Shown here: one piece after another, positions 60,676 to 64,000 of the stretch
Position numbering within the stretch: the stretch's first letter is position 1
Layout: each line of letters begins with the position of its first letter
Assembly (NCBI GenBank): GCA_036785375.1
Contig: JAWMAR010000253.1
Span: forward strand, 2,232,001 to 2,296,000
Length of the DNA: 64,000 bases
Direction of reading: 5' to 3'
Source: Leucoraja ocellata
Taxonomy: Eukaryota
Program-made: the position numbers and the translations under genes
Notes under the pieces: model-generated
What the model was told of the DNA's origin: nothing
Databases searched by the model: none
The model's input: only the letters and a program-made list of their open reading frames with translations

Positions 60676-63600
60676 GTGTGACGCTTGATCTAGTTTATCT
60701 GCTACAACGCTGCTGTAACTCTCCCTCTACATCCAGCACAGATATTCACTGGTGTGTAGGAAGGAACTGCAGATGCTAGGTGACAACGGAGATGGACACA
60801 AAATGCTTGAGTAACTCAGCGGGCGAGGCAGCATCTCTGGAGAAAAGGAATAGGTGATGTTTTTGGTCGAGGTCCCTCTTCAGAGTGAACATAGAAACAT
60901 AGAAAATAGGTGCAGGAGTAGGCCATTCGGCCCTTCGAGCCTGCACCGCCATTCAATATGATCATCCAACTCAGTATCCTGTACCTGCCTTCTCTCCATA
61001 CCCCCTGATCCCTTTAGCCACAAAGGCCACATCTAACTCCCTCATAAATATAGCCAATGAACTGGCCTCAACTACCTTCTGTGGCAGAGAATTTCACAGA
61101 TTCATCATCCTCTGTGTAAAAAATGATTTTCTCATCTCGGCCCTAAATGACTTCCCTCATATCCTTAAACTGTGACCCCTTGTTCTGGACTTCCCCAACA
61201 TCGGGAATAATCTTCCTGCATCTAGCCTGTCCAACCCCTTAAGAATTTTGTACATTTCTATAAGATCCTCCCCTCAATTCTCTAAATTCTAGCGTGTACA
61301 AGCCCAAGAAGGGTCTTGACCTGAAACGTCACCAATTCCTTCTTACCGGAGATCCTCCCTGACCCGCTGAGTTACTCCAACATTTTGTGTCTTATCACAG
61401 ATAATTCCCGACTTTGGGCAGTTTTGTACCCGTCACCAGCCGCGCTTTCTTCGAACTGTGGAATCTGAGGACTTAGATTGCGTCTGAGGATGATGAACAA
61501 ATCCTTTGGAGCGAAGATTCTGGAGTTTCAAACCAAATAGCGTAAATGTCAATTCACTAGATTGGGTTGGCATGTTGCCCTGAGATGACTCTGGTGCAAA
61601 GAGTAATCCCACTTTTGTTTTCCCTTGACTAACATAACTTTGCCATGCTTAGCTTATTTCTGATGATGTGAGGTGCAGAGGCCTGGGAACCATTACCTCC
61701 AGTTTCAAGGACAGCTTCTTCTCATCAACCATCAGCTTCTTGAACCCGTTCAACCCTTTCTGGCTTAATCCCTCCCTTCACCACCTCCAGTTTAAATTCC
61801 ATTTGCAATATTTTGGAGAACCAAGAAACCAAGAACAGGAACCACCTTGCATGACCCGACCTCAGCACCCGACACCAGGAATTTGCACTACTATGGACCC
61901 TCGACATACTTTATTTTTTTACTAAAGTTAGACACAAAAAGCTGGAGTAATTAAGTGGTCAGAGAGCATCTATAGAGAAAAGGAATAGATGACATTTTGA
62001 ATCGAGACCCTTCTTCAGACATGTGTTTCAGACTGGCTTTTACTAGTTTAGTTAAAGTAAATAATATTTTTTTATATACGGGTATTTATTTGTGTTGTTA
62101 CATCTAATGTGTTTGTCAAGCTGCAGCTTAAGAATTTTGTTGCTTCTGATTCATATGACAAATAAACACTCTTGAGAGAAAATGATTCTCTGTCTGCCCA
62201 ATATCCAATGTGCAACTTTGATTTTAATGACAGAAACTGGATACCTCTCCCCTGGTGGTCTGTGGATGGACCGAGGTGACAATACCAATGGGTGGGGCAA
62301 TGATTGCCTGAGGATATGGTGAACCTTGGCAGGGATGCCCATTGCGGCTGTCTCGTCAGTCAGACTTTTCACAGGTTTTAGGAGTAGAGTAGAATTAGGC
62401 CATTCGGCCCATCGAGACTACTCCGCCATTCAATCCGGGCTGATCTGTGCCTCCTAATCCCATTTTTCTGCCTTCTCACCATAACCCTTGAAACCCATTC
62501 TAATCAAAAATGTGTCTATATCTGCCTTAAAAATATCCACTGACTTGGCCTCCACAGCCCTCTGTGGCAATGAGTTCCACAGATTCACCACCCTCTGACT
62601 AAAGAAGTTCCCCCTCACCTCCTTTAATTCTGAGGCTATGACCTCAGGTCCAAGACTCACCCACCAGTGGAAACATCCTTTCTGCATCCACTCTATCTAT
62701 GCCATTTTGAACAAAGAAGTCATGCCTGGTGGAAGAATTGAGCACAAAGGGGAAGAGTGTATGGGGAAAATATTTAGTAAACAGGAAAAGGAGCATGGTT
62801 CCAATAGCAATTGTTTTTATTTAAAGCTCCTAACACAGAAAGGAGAAGTGAACCACCGCTGTATGCTGTGATCGGGAGAGCAAACCAGGCCAGGGAGCAG
62901 GTTGGTACAAGCTGCAAAGACCGCTTCGCCGAACAAAGCTTGCTGGTTCTCCCGTCTGCTAACCATTTCAACTCCCCTACCCTACCCATCCTCACACTGA
63001 CCTTTCTGTCCTGGACCTCCTCTATTGCCAGATTGAGGCCAAACATAAACTGGAGTAACAGCACCTCATATTCCACTTGGGTAGCTTACAACCCAACGCA
63101 TGAACATTGAAATTTCTTAATTTAAAATAACATCCTGGTTCCCCTCCTTTCTCTTTCTTCCTCCCACCCCAGTTCGCACCAATTTCTCCCGTTATCCGGC
63201 CTTTTCTCCCCCCCCCCCCCCCCCCCCCCCCTCCCGCCACTCCTGGTTTCTCTCCTTTTGATCTCTAGCCTTTGTCCACCTAGTGTTTATTGGCCATCCC
63301 CAAGTCTTGAGATGTTGGTGGCGAGCTTTCTTTAACTGCTAGAATCTTTCGGAAGGTGGCCCCTTTGTGCTGTTGAGGACGTAAGTGCAAGATTTAGATC
63401 CAGTAAAGGTGGAAGAGGAGGGGACAGGTTTCCAGTTCAGCGTGATGAGCATCTTGGGAGGGAGCCTATAGATGACTCCCCTTTGACTGCCATCCTAGAC
63501 CTGCCAGTCCATCGATGGCACTGGACAGAGAGATGCTTGGTGCAGCTGACAACAACAAACATGCATGTAGAAATAAGGTGTTGACAAGTTCCATGTAGAG

Positions 63601-64000
63601 CCATGGTAGAAAACACAAGATGCAGTCAAATTGTAATCTGAGCTTGGGATCCACACATTGAAGCTGTGTATATAAAGTTGAAGGCACCAGGCATCGTCAC
63701 TGAAATGTAATTCTAAATTGCAAAGCTGGCAACTCTGTTGTTTTATTTATCTTTTCTTACACTGAGAACTGATGTGTACATTTTACAAAGTACGTCTTCC
63801 TGATGTCTCTGCATGATTCTATTGGCCGCATTAATATTGGATTACTGTTGCCTTCCTGAGTTTAAACCACCCCTATGTTTTGTTCGTACATCTGAAAGAA
63901 ATGGTGGCATTGATTTAAAGCTGCCTTGCTGATGACTTCAATTTGTTTCTATAATTTCACCAGCATTTACTGGTTCGCCAACACTGTCTCAGTAAGGGTT

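Overview
Repeat-rich vertebrate genomic DNA with six N-gaps. The repeat content (HE1/V-SINE-like SINEs, HER1/CR1-like LINEs, Penelope remnants) suggests a cartilaginous fish, probably a skate or ray (inference). The only host genes visible are a small cluster of CD2/SLAM-family immunoglobulin-superfamily receptors (leader, IgV without the B-F disulfide, IgC2 with four Cys, TM, very short tail). Copy B (minus, about 24.8-40.2 kb) looks complete. Copy C (plus, 55.7-60.7 kb) has an ectodomain identical to B but a divergent TM/tail exon pair. Copy A (plus, 8.0-10.9 kb) is a damaged V+C2 duplicate with an acceptor deletion, a CGA>TGA stop and no TM exon. B and C lie in the arms of a large inverted duplication (near-identical core about 28.8-37.7 kb vs 49.0-57.8 kb). 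There are four leader exons. The one in each arm faces inward, opposite to its own V exon, apparently after a Tc1-associated inversion, so C's only co-oriented leader lies in the other arm. Other notable items are dispersed minimal hammerhead-ribozyme motifs tied to Penelope ends, a Tc1 element with a nested RNase H-bearing LINE, Helitron ends carrying a CR1 fragment, and a 1-kb TIR element with 7-bp TSDs. All alignments were done by eye.
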